Below, in pieces: positions 25,750 through 38,899 of a stretch of 64,000 nucleotides of DNA. Made by a program: the position numbers and the translations under genes. The DNA comes from Felis catus. Its lineage: Eukaryota. The notes under the pieces were generated by a model. The model was not told where the DNA came from and made no database searches. It was given only the letters and a program-made list of their open reading frames with translations. Location of the stretch: assembly GCF_018350175.1 (NCBI RefSeq), contig NC_058373.1:113400001-113464000 (forward strand). Direction: 5' to 3'. The stretch's first letter is position 1. Each line of letters begins with the position of its first letter.

Positions 25750-25854
25750 CCAAGTGGTTGACTCCCATGTGCATCTCAAAGCCATCTGCTGTCTTAGAGT
25801 AGGGACACATCATCACTCCTGCATTGTTGATCAAAATGTGAAGATGCTTTTCCT
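25750..25854 (-). CDS. RDH11: RDH11 coding exon 4 (105 bp)
   Basis: [34 protein letters not shown]; ctgcag|...|gtaaga. Confidence 0.97.
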
Positions 25855-26807
25855 CTGCAGGGAAGAGATGTAGTGTGGAAGCAGCCAGCCACAGCGGTGA
25901 CACCTAAAAAGTCTGCCTTAGAAATGGGGACCCACGGCTTCAATCTTTCCTCCATTTCCCCTTCAGATGTATTTTGTATTGTTTTCATTATTTAAGACTG
26001 TAGTTGAATCCTACATACTTTTAGCACAGAGCAAAATTCCATCTTATACAACCAAGTGGCCTTTACGATCTTTCCAATTAAGGAGCTATTTACTCATTGC
26101 TTTCGAAAAAGTGTTCTGCCCAGCTCTCCTAATAGAAAGACTTCCCGGGCTGAATGGGAAGAATCTAAGCAGGAGAAAAAAGGATGTTCTGTATGTACCC
26201 CTGATACTGGAGAACTCCAAAAGGCACCAAAAGAAATACTGGTTTCACCTCTTTGTTACATATGACAACTCATTCTCCTGGTTTATTTTCTCACGTGGTT
26301 TTTAATTTCTAACTATAAGCTCATATCAGCAGAAGCTGTTTACTTAGGGAGGCCAAGATCCCTGTATTATGACGGGATATGCCTACAGACTACTCTTGGA
26401 TTTGATTTTGATGTGATTCTATAGGATTTTATGTTAATTCCTCAGCTCAAGATTCTTACATCATTTGGTGATGTAATAAATTCTCCTCCATAGATGATGC
26501 CAACTTGAGGTTCTAATATCTTACAGATGACTCTCTAACCATCTATGTCCTGAAGAGAAGATGAGCTTTTTTGTCATGCCTTAGAGCTGGTGGCGAAGTT
26601 TTTTTTATGCCTCTTTATCATGGACAAGATGGCTTTTTGTGAGTCCCAACCTTACGTGAAGCCTGAGATACAGCTCCCCAGCTCTCAGGGCCTGAGGCCT
26701 TATCTTCTGTCCCTGTATGAGTGTTTAGACTCCAGACCCTAAAGCTCATATTGAGTTCAGATACTTCCGTGAGATTTTTGGCTTTAGTTCTTATGCATTA
26801 CTAGGAC

Positions 26808-27005
26808 TTTTTTTTTTTTTTTTTAATGTTTATCTATTTATTTTGAGAGAGACAGAATGGGAAGGAGCAGAGACAGAGAATCCCAAGCAGGCTCTATGCT
26901 GTCAGTGCAGAACCTAATGTGGGGCTCAATCCCATGAACTACAAGATCATGACCAGAGCTGAAATCCAGAGTCGGACGCTTAACTGACTGAGCCACCCAG
27001 GTGCC
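26808..27005 (-). mobile_element. CAN-SINE
   Basis: Poly-T tail and reverse head. Confidence 0.85.
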
Positions 27006-27216
27006 TTGCATGCTATGACTTTTTAAATTCATTTTTTTTTATTTCTGGCTCTTGAGGATTCCCCTTTGTTACTAAGGAGTCAGCTATGAATGAAAGTTTT
27101 TGATTATAAACGATCTAGTATTTCTACATATTAAAGAGGGAGAAGGAACTTTTCCTTTAGCTAAGTCTGCTATGTTGATTGCAAGACAAAAACATAATCT
27201 CTGGTTCAACACTTAC

Positions 27217-27372
27217 CTGCTAAGAAATCTTTAGCAAAGGCTCGAATAGATTTAGTATCAGCCAAGTCCAATTCCCGCACCAACACCTGTTGGTTCCCTG
27301 TCATGGTCTGGATCTCTCTGGCCACCAATTCCCCCTTTTGGATATCCCGGCACGCTAAATACACGCGGGCTC
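27217..27372 (-). CDS. RDH11: RDH11 coding exon 3 (156 bp)
   Basis: [51 protein letters not shown]; gacag|...|gtaagt. Confidence 0.96.
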
Positions 27373-27722
27373 CTGTCAATCAACATATAAAAGAGACAAA
27401 CTGTCAGCTCTGCTTTGGACTGGACATTACAGACCTATAGACTTATGAATGTAATTTTCTACTGTTTTTTTTTTTTTTTTATCGGAATTTTACCTCTACT
27501 TCACGACAGAAGTATCTGGTGAGCAAATCAAAAAGGAAAAATAAATAATATTCATTAAGTATCCATTATATGTAGAGCATTATACTAGGTTGAGACCAGT
27601 GAATCTGTGGGACACTTGGAAGGTTCTTGAATTCCAAGATTAGGAGGAAATAGTGAGCATGGTCATCCTTGTGAGGGATAAAATGGCAGTAGCAGGAGGG
27701 AATTAGAAGCAGATGATCTTGC

Positions 27723-27841
27723 CTCTTTGAGCCAGCTCTTTGGCTGTCTCCTTTCCGATGCCTGTGTTGGCTCCAGTGACCACAGCCACCTTCCCAGGAA
27801 GCTGGACAGTTGATGTACACACCCCACTAGACAGCATTTTC
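27723..27841 (-). CDS. RDH11: RDH11 coding exon 2 (119 bp; TGxxxGIG cofactor motif; GC donor)
   Basis: [39 protein letters not shown]; ctacag|...AGAG|gcaaga. Confidence 0.95.
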
Positions 27842-28319
27842 CTGTAGAGAGGGAGGGAGAGCTCATCAGTTCTTCATTCTCCTTGCCCTGGCCAGAGGTT
27901 CCTGCAACCCCCATGTCTTCCAATCCCAAGGCTAAGGTTTATTTTGGTTCTTTCTAGTACTGTCCCTTTACAGATTTAAGTAAGTTTGAAGAAAAATTTT
28001 CTGCTCTTGCTCAAGAACAAAATTGATTTTATTGTAATGGCAAACCTTAGAGCTGCCCCTTGCAGTATAACAACTAGATAAATATTTGATTGTCCAGGCA
28101 CCTGGCTTCAGTTTGAGCTCTTCGACAGGCTTGGGGAATCACAAGACTCAGCCTACAAGCAAGAACTGGTCCACTTAATGTCAATCTGCCCACAACTGGC
28201 ACTTTATGGCCTAGAGATACATAATTCAACAAAAAAGTTAAAATTATGAAAGCTTGTCAACCTCGGGTGAAACACAAACAGAAACACGCATGCACACACA
28301 CAATTAAAATTAAGACAAA

Positions 28320-28800
28320 GGGGCGCCTGGGTGGTGCAGTCGGTTAAGCGTCGGACTACAACCAGGTCACAATCTCGAGGTCCGTGAGTTCGAGCCCCGC
28401 GTCGGGCTCTGGGCTGATGGCTCGGAGCCTGGAGCCTGTTTCCCATTCTGTGTCTCCCTCTCTCTCTGCCCCTCCCCCGTTCATGCTCTGTCTCTCTCTG
28501 TCCCAAAAATAAATAAACGTTGAAAAAATAAAATAAAATAAAATTAAGACAAAGAAAAGACATAAATCAGGGGCGCCTGAGTGGCTCAGTCAGTTAAGTG
28601 TCTGACTTCTGCTCAGGTCATGATCTCACAGTTCGTGAGTTCCAGCCCCATGTCCGGCTCTGTGCTGACAGCTTGGAGCCTGGAGCCTGCTTCAAATTCT
28701 GTGTCTCCCTCTTTCTCTGCCCCTTCCCCACTCGTGTGTGCGCGCGTGCTCTCTCTCTCTCTCTCTCAAAAATAAAAAATAAACATTAAAAATTTTTTTA
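28320..28800 (+). mobile_element. Two adjacent CAN-SINEs (young SINEC_Fc at 28320-28540; second at 28570-28800)
   Basis: TSDs aaattaagacaaag and aagaaaa(g/c)acataaatcag. Confidence 0.88.
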
Positions 28801-29434
28801 AATTATTCAAGAAAACACATAAATCAGTACAAAGTGGAGCTGGTTGAGTGTTCTTGTTCCTAAGCACTGTGCTATCCTTCTTTTCCAAAGAAATGAATGC
28901 ACAAACAGGGATTAACAGGTCTCAAATTGTTCTTTTTCTTCTCTGCAAATCTCAAGACTCAAGTAAAAAGAATCTCTTGCCCAGGAGATACAATTTTAAA
29001 GAGCATTTCAGTATTTTTCATTGAACTTGAGAATTGCAAAGCACACACTCCTAGCTACAAACGCTACCTGGTTAGTGGACACAGGCCGATAGGAAGCAAA
29101 CTCACCTAAGGCTATCTTCCTTCTCAGAGAAAAGCCTCCTTGCTCAGTTTCTTACATCCTTTCAGTTTTAGCTCCAGGAGCAACAACTATCAGGACCTCC
29201 ACTGAGCTCTTTCTTCTCCTTACCAACAGGAATGAAAGGGACAATCAACTATGAAAAGTCTAGCTCTGGGCTAGCTCCCATGACCTAGCCAGGCGTTTGC
29301 AGATATGACCCTTGCAGCATAATCTTGCCCAGAAAAATCTCACAGAGACGTGAGCAGTATTTTCAGTTCAGGTTCAACTTTTCATTGAGATTCTATTTGG
29401 GTAAGAGAATCTTGTGGTGTAAAATGATAAAAAG

Positions 29435-29650
29435 CGGGGCGCCGGGCTGGCTCAGTTGGTTAAGCATCTGACTTGGGCTCAGGTCATGATCCCACGGTTG
29501 GTGAGTTTGAGCCCCACGTCGGGCTCCATGCTGACAGCGTTGAGCCTGGAGCCTGCTTCAGATTCTTTGTCTCCTTCTCTCTCTCTCTGCCCCTCCTGCG
29601 CTCATGCTCTCTTTCTCAAAAATAAATTAAACATTAAAACAAAATTTTAA
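29435..29650 (+). mobile_element. CAN-SINE
   Basis: TSD gataaaaagcg. Confidence 0.85.
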
Positions 29651-30566
29651 AAAGAGATAAAAAGCGTTTTCATCTGAGTGGGAGCACGAGGTGTTCAGAA
29701 GGGAGGAAGAACTAGAAGAGGAGCAAGACGGTGGGTGGTGACCACGCCCCTCCTCCCCCCTCCCCCACCCAGAAAGGGTTGTGTCTCATCAGTCACTGGT
29801 CCACCGTCACTACTGGTGATTTACTCAGAACTAATCAGCAGGCGCCTTTGTGCAACTCTGCCGATTTTCTGTGTCACTCAGCCAGCCATTGGCTACTGTG
29901 TCACCAGGTCCAGAAAGCATTACCCCTCAAGCTCTCTGTCTCACCCCCAAACCCCAGGTTATGAGTCGTGCTCTGAAGGCAGGATACTGCTCATGACGAA
30001 ACCCTTTCATTTCTTTCCTTTACAAAAAAAGCGAATCTAACAGCAACAAGAGATCAAGCAATGGGTCTGCGGATACCACGATTCCCATCGAGGAACAGTT
30101 TCAGAAAGCAAAAAGTCGAATCGCTCCATTGTACTTCAAAGGCTGGAAGCAAGAAGCCAGACAGGACTAGTCCAAGGCGTGGAAGCTAAGGGGAAAACAG
30201 TGTTGAGGTCTTCACTCCATTTTAGGTTCTAAAACCCCCCAATGCTGGAAACTTAAGTGTTGGAGGTAGCCTTGCACACGGGGTTCTCTGGAGCGGGAAG
30301 CAAAGGCTGCGGAGACGAAAAAAGGGATCGGAGAAACAAAGTGGGGTGCTGCGGCATGCAGCCCCCTCCCACCGCCCGAAGTCTCCTGTTCTCGTCCCCC
30401 CGCATCCAGGACAGCTGGACCTCCTCCGACCAACCGAACTCCCGGCCTGGACCTACTGGGGCCCCCCAGGGAGTTTTCCTTTTCCTTCTTTTGGAGAACA
30501 GAGCTTCGGTGAGGACTAACGCCACCCTGAATTCTTCTCAAGAGAAGGCAATACATTTGCACAGAC

Positions 30567-30634
30567 CTGATTTTGGGTGCAGCGATGTACAGGAAAAAGG
30601 GGAGAAGGAGGAGCAGGAGCAGGACCCCGACCAT
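30567..30634 (-). CDS. RDH11: RDH11 coding exon 1 (68 bp; N-terminal signal-anchor)
   Basis: aagATGG; MVGVLLLLLLLPFFLYIAAPKIR; donor AG|gtctgt. The seven exons sum to 951 nt, i.e. 316 aa plus stop. Confidence 0.93.
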
Positions 30635-30746
30635 CTTGCGGGATGGCTGCTGCGGCTGCACAAGCGGAGAGAGATGCCCCAGCAAGCCTTGCCGGACTGT
30701 GGCTGCTCCTCCCAGACACGCCCTAGTCTCAGTACGACAGCCCAGG

Positions 30747-30772
30747 GAGCAAAGCCGTCTGGGAAATGTAGT
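30747..30772 (-). promoter_or_regulatory. RDH11 promoter ZNF143/THAP11-type motif
   Basis: Minus strand ACTACATTTCCCAGACGGCTTTGCTC, 113-138 nt upstream of the ATG. Confidence 0.7.
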
Positions 30773-30914
30773 CCACAGCTTGGTCCTAAGCTTAGTGCTT
30801 CCAGCTGCTCAGAGAGGCTGACCCTTGCTCTGACACGCAAAAAGTCCTCTATCATCTAGCCTCTAGGACCTCTAGGATCGTCCAGCTCTCCCACAGCCCT
30901 CTGGCCACCAGCGT

Positions 30915-30924
30915 TCTCGCGAAA
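30915..30924. promoter_or_regulatory. TCTCGCGAGA-like (BANP-type) promoter motif with one mismatch; CCAAT box nearby at 31024-31028 (minus)
   Basis: TCTCGCGAAA in the CpG-containing RDH11 promoter. Confidence 0.4.
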
Positions 30925-31729
30925 TCTCCCCAGTCCTCTATCTCCCGGTTCCCAAGTCCAGACCGTGGTTCAGTTTTCCCCATAGTGAGGCAGTTACCGC
31001 ACTGTTTCTCCTGGAGATCAAAGATTGGCCTCTGGGGAGTGTTCTAAGGCCATTTAGACAGCGGAGGATCGGTTGAGGTCTGACAGTTGGTAGGGAAATG
31101 GGGAGGTAGGAATCCTTTCGCCTTAGGGATTCCTTCATCCAATGGAGTGTAAGTAACCCGTCCCTGAAGACATTCCCAAGAGAATCACTTTATTGTGTCT
31201 AAATTGAATTATAATGCTATCATCATTTTCCTCCTGTTTGACTGTGAATTGATAATAGAACATAGTTTTCCTGGTGACTTGGATTAGATATATTAACTCC
31301 CAGGGTAGCAATGAATTTCTCAGATTAGCACAGTTGATTTTGCTTACTCGTGAAAATACATAATCCTGTCTTGAATTAAGGCCATGAAAATTCTCTGAGA
31401 ACAAACAGTTTCCCTGTTCAATTATTCCTTTCAGCTCTACCATCTGAGGCCTATATCTGGCTTCCAGGAGGTAGAGGCAGAGGATGTTTTGACAAGTCAA
31501 TAATTGGGATAATTCATTTCCAAATGACTGAAAGACATGTTCCAAGATCAATTTTAATGAGTGTTTTATAGAACTTGAAGAGGAGGTTTCCTTCACACAA
31601 TACAATTTTTTACTGATTTAATGTTAGTTTATCTAATAATCATCAGATTTTGTCATATGCTCATTATTGTGATACCTAATATGTATACAGGTTTTTATAC
31701 CTTTATTAAAAGACTTTCATGTATTTTGT

Positions 31730-32270
31730 TCCTTATTCATTCCATCCATTCATTTGATGAATGTTTATGGTATTCCTACAGTGTACTAGGCATTATGCTG
31801 AGGTACAGCAGGGAGCCAAGCAGAAATGACCTCTGCCCTCTCAGAGCTTATGGGCTATCAGGGAGGAACTTCTTGATTCAGGATCACCTTGAATAAATTA
31901 TGATGAGGGTTATGAGGGAAAATAAGGAAAGCATAATAGCATGAAGGATCTCAACAAGGAAACAACATGAAGCAACATGAACTCATGGGAGACATGAGCT
32001 CAAGGAAGGAAACAACATGATCTCATGAAGGAAACAAGGATCATAGCATGAAGCCTCTCCTAGTCTGGAGATCAGGAAAAGCTTCTTTGAGGAAATAACA
32101 TTTGAGCTGAGGCCTGAGGGAAGGTCAGGAGCTAGTGGGCAAACAATATATAGGCAAGAGTGCTCTGGGCAGAGGGAAAAGCCCACTGGAGAGCTTAGAG
32201 TCTGAGAAAGCAGGGGCACCAGAGCAATGGAAAGCATTGGTCTAGCTGGGGCACAGGGGCCAGAGGGAGT
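31730..32270 (-). mobile_element. LINE-2 3' fragment containing a scrambled insert
   Basis: attcattccatccattcatttgatgaatgttta...ctctgccctctcagagctta L2 tail motifs. Confidence 0.65.
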
Positions 32271-32797
32271 GCTAGAAATAGTAATAATAGCCAATGCTTC
32301 AATAGTAATTATTATGTGTCAGGCCCTATCCAAGTGCTTTCTATAAATTAACTACCTTAATTCCCACAATAACTCTATGAGGTAGGACTACATTTTTTTC
32401 TATTTTACCAACCAGGATATTGAGGCAATAGCAAGGTTAAATAAATTATCCCAGGCCATAGTGACAGAACTGGGATTCAGACTTAAGAAAGGTGTACCCA
32501 GGGTCTGTGCCCTTAACTACTAAGCCACGTTGCCCAAAGATGAGGCTGGAGACCTCCTCCCCATATGTATGTGCATTTGCACATCCATACAAAATTTGCA
32601 TGAAATTTCATTCACAGAACCCAGATTAAAAACCATTGGTTAAACCCAATAATGGAAGATGGGTAAGCAAATGAGTGGCTTAGAGAAGCGATGACAGAAA
32701 GTAGAGAGGAGGGTCTGGGGCAGCACTAACATTATGGAATAGGTAGAGGAAGATGAGCCTGAAAATGGATCGTGGAAAATGGACAGAGAAGTTGATA

Positions 32798-33838
32798 AGG
32801 TATTAGACTGGGTCCAACGAGATTAGAGAAACCCCACAGTAATTTGAACAGGGAAAGTTTAATATAAAGAATTATGAGCCATAACAGGAGATTGGAGTAA
32901 TGAGGAACTGGCAAATATGGGGGTTATTAAACTTTTTCTGTAAAGAAAATAAATATTTTAGGCTTTGGGAGCCTATGGTCTCTGTTGCAGCTACTCAGAG
33001 CTACGCTCTGTTGCAGCGTAAAAGCAGCCCTAAATGATATGTAGATGAGTGAGCATGTTCCAATAGAACTTATTTACAAAAACAAGCAGTGGGTTGTATT
33101 TAGCCCGTGGTTTGCCAACCTGTGGGCTAGGAAGAAGTAAAGAGAACTCTAAAGATTAGAAGAGCAACAAAAATACTGCTTCAGATTCTGTGTCTCCCTC
33201 TCTGCCCCTCCCCCACACATGCTCTGTCTCTCTCTGTCTCTCTCAAAAGTGAAAAAACATTTAAAAAAGAGCAATAAAATATAATAATTTAAAATTTTAA
33301 TAGCAGATGTAATAGAAATAATACAATATCATATAAAATAGCCACCACTTGGGGCTGAAATAGCGCCCCCGAGGAAGAGACGCCTTCACTCCCAGACCTT
33401 GCTGGAAAAGGACAGGCACAGTGCACTGAATTCTGAATGCAAGAGAAGTTGCTGTGGTGCTACACCTGTGGAATTTGCTGGAAATTCAATGTGTACCGTG
33501 CCAGGGAAAGCTATCTACAGGGAGGTGTCTCACTGAAGGAGCTCTGTTCCAAAACCCTGAAAAGGAAGCTGCTGGCCACTGAGTGCCGAGAGAGAAGGTG
33601 TGTGCACCGCAAGAGCCTCGTGTTGCAGGAGCCCAGCTTGCTGCAGAAACCTGTGCAGCTAGCAGAAAGAAGCAAACCCCTTTCCTCCTGCAATGTCTCA
33701 CCAGTGCCATCTATTGACAAAGTTTAACATTATGCCAGATAGCAAAGAAAAACCTATTTCAAGTGTCCATTTCCACTTTCACAGAGCAGGCAATCAGGAT
33801 GAATTGGAGCTGAGAGGCTATAAATTGGTAACTGGCAC
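32798..33838. mobile_element. Ancient LTR-type element with nested MER58A (about 32918-33124) and a 5'-truncated SINE (about 33175-33270)
   Basis: MER58A motifs (aactttttctgtaaag...gtttgccaacc); LTR-like end ggagctgagaggc...aactggcac. Family uncertain. Confidence 0.5.
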
Positions 33839-33889
33839 GGGAAGGAATCTGGGGAATGTGGTGTAATGGAATGCATTAAAAAGTTATTT

Positions 33890-34681
33890 CAAGACATATC
33901 ACTTAACAGCACCAAAAGCATGATCCAAAGAAGAACAAATTGATAAGTTAGACTTCATCAAAATTAAGAACTTCTGCTCTTTGGAAGATAATGAAAAGAA
34001 ACCAAATATGGGGAGAAAATACTTGCAAATCACATATCTGATAAAGTATTTGTAGTCAGAATGTTTTTTTTTTCAGTCTCCAAATTCAGGATTAAGAAAA
34101 TAACTCAATCTTTAAAGTTGTCAAGTGGTTTGAACAGATACATCACCAACGAAGATATGCAGATGGCAAATGAGCACACCCCAAAATGCTCAATATCATT
34201 AGTCATTAGGGATAAGCAGATGAAAACCACACTAGAATACTACCATGCATCTACTATAGTGGCTAAAATAAAAAAGACTGACCAGACCAGGTATTGATGA
34301 GAATGTGGAACAAGTGGGATTCTCATACACTGCTTTTCTTTTTTATTTTTTTATGTTTATTTATTTTTGACAGAGAGACAGAGTATGAGCAGGGGAGGGG
34401 CAGAGAGAGAGGGGGACACAGAATCAAAGCAGGCTCCAGGCTCTGAGCTGTCAGCACAGAGCCCAACGCAGGGCTTGAACCCACGAACTGTGAGATCATG
34501 ACCTGAGCAGAAGTCAGACACTTAACCGACTGAGCCACCCAGGCACCCCTCATACACTGCTTTTGAGAATGTAAAATGGTACAACCATTTTGGAAAATAG
34601 TTTGCCAATTTTCTTTAAAGTTAAATATAATTTTTTAAAGTTTATTTATTTTGAGAGAGACAGAGAGAGTGCACGGGGAGG

Positions 34682-34725
<44 letters not shown>

Positions 34726-35460
34726 CTCAAGCAGGCTTCGCACTGCCAGCACAGTACCTAACATGGGGCTCAAACTCACGAACCGTGAGATCATGACCCG
34801 AATTGAAATCAAAAGTCGGATGATCAACCGACTGAGCCACCCAGGCATTCTCCAAAATTAAATACAATTTAAACATACACCTATCATAGGACTCCTCAGT
34901 AATTTCCCAAGAGAAATGAAAGTTTATTCATACAAAGACTTGTGTGTGAATGATCATAAAAGATTTATTTGCAATAACCAAAACCAAGAAACAACCCAAA
35001 TGTCCCATCAACAGGTTGAATGGATAAACAAATGATGCTATACCCACATAATGAAATAAGTATTACTCAGATATAAGAAGGAATAGCCTTCCAACACACA
35101 CAACAGCCTGAATGAATCTCCAAATAATTATGTTGAATGAGAGAAGTCAGACAATAAAGAATGAATATTGTATGATTCCATTTATATAAAATTCTATTAA
35201 GTGCAAAATGTGGATCATAGATTGTGGTGATGGAAAACAGATCAGTGGCTTCCTGGGGATGGGGGAAGTGGAGAGGGATGGGAAGGTTATACCAAAGAAA
35301 CTGAGGAAGCTTTTGGGGGTGATGGACAGATTCATCGTTTTGACTGTGGTGAGAGTTTCATGAGTGTACACAAATGTCAAAACTCATTGAAGTGTATAAT
35401 TTAAACATGTGCAGATTATTGCACGTCAATTACACCTTAATAAAGCTGTTAAAAATAGAA
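33890..35460 (+). mobile_element. Old LINE-1 3' region with two nested minus-strand SINEs (34335-34550, 34630-34848) and an (AG)n tract
   Basis: gacttcatcaaaattaagaacttctgctc...; L1 3' end tcaattacaccttaataaagctgttaaaaa. Confidence 0.8.
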
Positions 35461-35479
35461 AGTATTCAAATGTGCCATA

Positions 35480-36870
35480 GTACTGAAAAGTTAAGCAAGA
35501 TAAGAGCTGAAATGTGTCCACTAGATGTAGCATCATAGTCGTCATTGGTGACGTTGTGGAGTACAGTTTCAGAGAAGTGGTCGGTGGGACCCTGATTGGA
35601 ATAGGTTGAGGGCTGAGTAGAAAGTAAGAAAGTATTGACAACTCTATCAAGCTGGGAAGGAGAGAAGAGGTTCCTATCAGAAGGGGGAGGTGCAATGGAA
35701 GGACCATTTTTATTTTTTAAATGTTTATTTATTTATTTTTTCAACGTTTATTTATTTTTTGGGACAGAGAGAGACAGAGCATGAACGGGGGAGGGGCAGA
35801 GAGAGAGGGAGACACAGAATCGGAAACAGGCTCCAGGCTCCAAGCCATCAGCCCAGAGCCCGACGCGGGGCTCGAACTCACAGACCGCGAGATCGTGACC
35901 TGGCTGAAGTCGGACGCCCAACCGACTGTGCCACCCAGGCGCCCCTGGAAGGACCATTTTTAAAGAGCACAGAGGAAAAAGTTGAATGGGGAGATAGAAG
36001 ATAAGTGACAGAATGGGTCCCCAAGAAAGCAGAAGAGGATGAGATGGAGTGAAATTCATCTTAGGAGGAGAGAAAGATGTGATAAGCATGAATTCAAATA
36101 GATTTATGAGCTTGGTAGAAGAATATAAAAGAACTTTCTTTCTGATGGTCCTAATTGTGTATATGTGTATGTATGTATGTATATATGTATGTATGTATAT
36201 GTGTATATGTGTGTGTAGAGGCCAGGACACATGCTGAAATTGAGGGGGGTAGACAAGAAGTTTAAGAAGAGGAGTGCACATGTGAAATAATCACTGTGGA
36301 GATTAGGTTAGTGGGGTTTAGGGAAATAAAAAAAGGATTGACGGTTTAGTTGGAGGCCCTGGGCCGTGTTGGCGGCTATGTACTTATAATGGCACCAACA
36401 TGGAAGGTGATGTGACTTTTTTCGAGGAGCTCTCATCATCCAGCTGCACAAAGCAGACAGATGGATGGTTCATCCAGAATTGAGGTTTTATTAGGCTCTT
36501 GGGACAGAAAGACAAGAGGACCAGGAGGCCAAGGATATTGGCAAGAGAATGACTGAAGTGAAGAGTGAAATCTCGATTGGAAAATTTAAGGAAGTGATGA
36601 CAGGCAGGGCTATAGTGGTCAGGGGGTACTCCTGGTGCTAAAAAACCACAGTGTTGGGATTCATGCCACAAGAGAGCTAAGTGAGTAGGAGATGCTGTAG
36701 AATGGTGGGGGGTCTGAATGTAGTATGTTAGAGGTGGATGGTTTCTGGTGTGGACAGACTGAAGTTCCGGGATGAGGGAGGGGAGGAGGTTCTTGGAAAT
36801 GAGGAGGTCAAGGGACCCAGGGTCCAGGAAGTTGCTGACTCATCTGACGATAATGAAGTCACTATAAACA
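35480..36870 (-). mobile_element. LINE-2 fragments with a nested young SINE (35712-35945) and (TATG)n
   Basis: L2 motifs gtgtccactagat...gtcattggtgac; SINE TSD tggaaggaccattttt. Confidence 0.6.
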
Positions 36871-36880
36871 TTCGTGTTCA

Positions 36881-37305
36881 GGGATACCTAAGATGGCTCA
36901 GTCAGGTGAGCGTCCACCTCTTGGTTTTGGCTCAGGTCATGATCCCAGAGTGGTGAGACTGAGCTCCATGTTGGGCTCTGCACTGAGCATGTAGCCTTCC
37001 TGGGATTCTCTCTCCCTCTCTCTCTCTTTCTCTCTCTCCCTCTGCCCCTTTCCCCTGCTTGCACTCTCTCTCTCAAACAAAAATTAAAACAAAAAGGGGG
37101 GAGGCGCTTGAGTGGCTCAGTTGGTTAAGTGTCCAACTTCAGCTCAGGTCATGATCTCAGCATCCGTGGGTTCGGGCCCCACGTAGGGCTCTGTGCTTAC
37201 AGCTCAGAACCTGAGACCTGTTTCAGATTCTGTGTCTCCCTCTGTCTCTGCCCCTCCCCTGCTCACGCTCTGTCTCTGAAAAATGAATAAACCTAAAAAA
37301 ATAAA
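36881..37305 (+). mobile_element. Two tandem CAN-SINEs
   Basis: Heads at about 36881 and 37097. Confidence 0.82.
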
Positions 37306-37504
37306 TAACTTAAAACAAAAAAGAGGTAGACAGAACTAAGCTGGGAGAAGATGAAGTTTTGAAGGGCAAAAGAATTTGGAGATGGGCAGCGACCCTAGGC
37401 CCTGAAGAGTTAACATACTGACTGACCAGATTAGCAGGTTAGCTTGGTTAGATTCCAGCTGAGTCAAAGGCATTACTGTGCTCTAATCCAAGTTTTATCA
37501 TACT

Positions 37505-37705
37505 GTTATAGTGAAGGCCCATCCTGGAAGGCAGTGGATTTTGTCCCCCAGGGGATAGTTGGCAATGTCTGGAGACATTTTAGTTCTCACATGGCAGTAG
37601 TAGTACTATTGGTATCTACTATTGAATGCCACAGATCCTCCAATATACAGGACAGCCTCATGAGAAAGAATTATCTGGTCTGGAATGTCAACACTGCCTG
37701 ACCCA
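37505..37705. mobile_element. MER20 DNA transposon
   Basis: gattttgtcccccagggg...ttggcaatgtctggagacatttt is diagnostic of MER20. Confidence 0.75.
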
Positions 37706-37745
37706 TGGGGGGAAAATCAATAGAACTTGCATATTAGCAGCAAAC

Positions 37746-37832
37746 TTTTTTCCTTTCCTTTCCTTTCCTTTCCTTTCCTTTCCTTTCCTTTCCTTTCCTT
37801 TTCTTTCCTTTCCTTTCTTTCCTTTCTTTTTT
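37746..37832. repeat. (TTTCC)n microsatellite
   Basis: Seen directly. Confidence 0.95.
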
Positions 37833-38899
37833 GGAAAGATAGTGTGTTTATTTCACCTTTTAAAATCGAGAAAAAGGAACAATCATTATTATTGGATAAA
37901 ACAAATACAAATATGTGCTTCCATTTTGGTGAAGTTTGGGGTAGGGACATGGGAGGAGGCAGCAAGCTCCTTATGACTGGAAATGGAAATATCTATGTGG
38001 CACTGCATGAGCCCTTTCAGGAAAGTGGGGGATGATTTGCAGTAGGAATGGATTTGTGACCTTTTACTTGCCTACCTTCCAGAATCTGTGATTTTAAGAC
38101 TAGTGGAGGGGAACGAGAGAAAGAGTTCTTTCTCCTGCTCTGATTATTTTTTATTTATTTTTTATTTTTTGAGAGAGCGAGAGACAGAGCGAGCAGGGGA
38201 GGGGCAGAGAGAGGGAGAATCCCAAGCAGGCTCTGAGCTGTCAGCACAGATTCCCACGTAGGGCTTAAACTCATGAACTCTGAGACTGTGACCTGAGCTA
38301 ACGTCAAGAGTCAGAAGCTTAACCGACTGAGTCACCCAGCTGCCCCTCTCCCACTCTAATTCATAACAGGCTCCTTTCTAGACTAATCAGCACAGGGATA
38401 ACCAGGTAGCCAGTGCAGTGACTCCACTTAAATTCGGACCAAAGGTCAAATCATGGAGCAGCTTCCCAGCTTCATAGCATGCCATGGAAGATGGTGTTAT
38501 CTTCTGACTTGTGATTTGCCAGGGGTAGGAAGAGGGCCCTTCTCAGTGGTGTTGCAACTAATGAGTGCTTTTTCATCCCTGAACTTCAGATCTGCTCTGT
38601 ACTGGGTCTTCTGGTATTTTCATCCTGTTTTCTCTCTCTGGTTTATATCTATGTCTGTTTCAGACTGAAAGTTCCTAAAAACCAGGTACTGCTCCATGGT
38701 CCTTTGGCGTTGATTACAATGATGAAGTAATCATTATAATGTCGATTACAGTGATGAAGGTCATAATAATGGCTTTGCTTATGTGGCAACACATGTTTAA
38801 GAATGTCTCCATGCTGGTTTGAGAAATAGCTTTGTTTTGTGGTATTGCAATGATTAATAAAATTAAACCAGTAAGGTGTTTCAAAGTCATCTGGATCTT

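Noticed and set aside
29700..29910. Possible SREBP/NF-Y/Sp1/AP-1 enhancer in RDH11 intron 1 (CCACGCCC, ATTGG, GTCACTCAGC)
   Set aside because: Motifs are short and degenerate, with no exact SRE; not supportable from sequence alone.
30257..30859. 200-aa plus-strand ORF antisense to RDH11 exon 1
   Set aside because: GC-rich promoter region, non-ATG start, no recognisable homology.
31135..31605. 156-aa minus-strand ORF upstream of RDH11
   Set aside because: Non-ATG start, no recognisable domain and no supporting exon structure.
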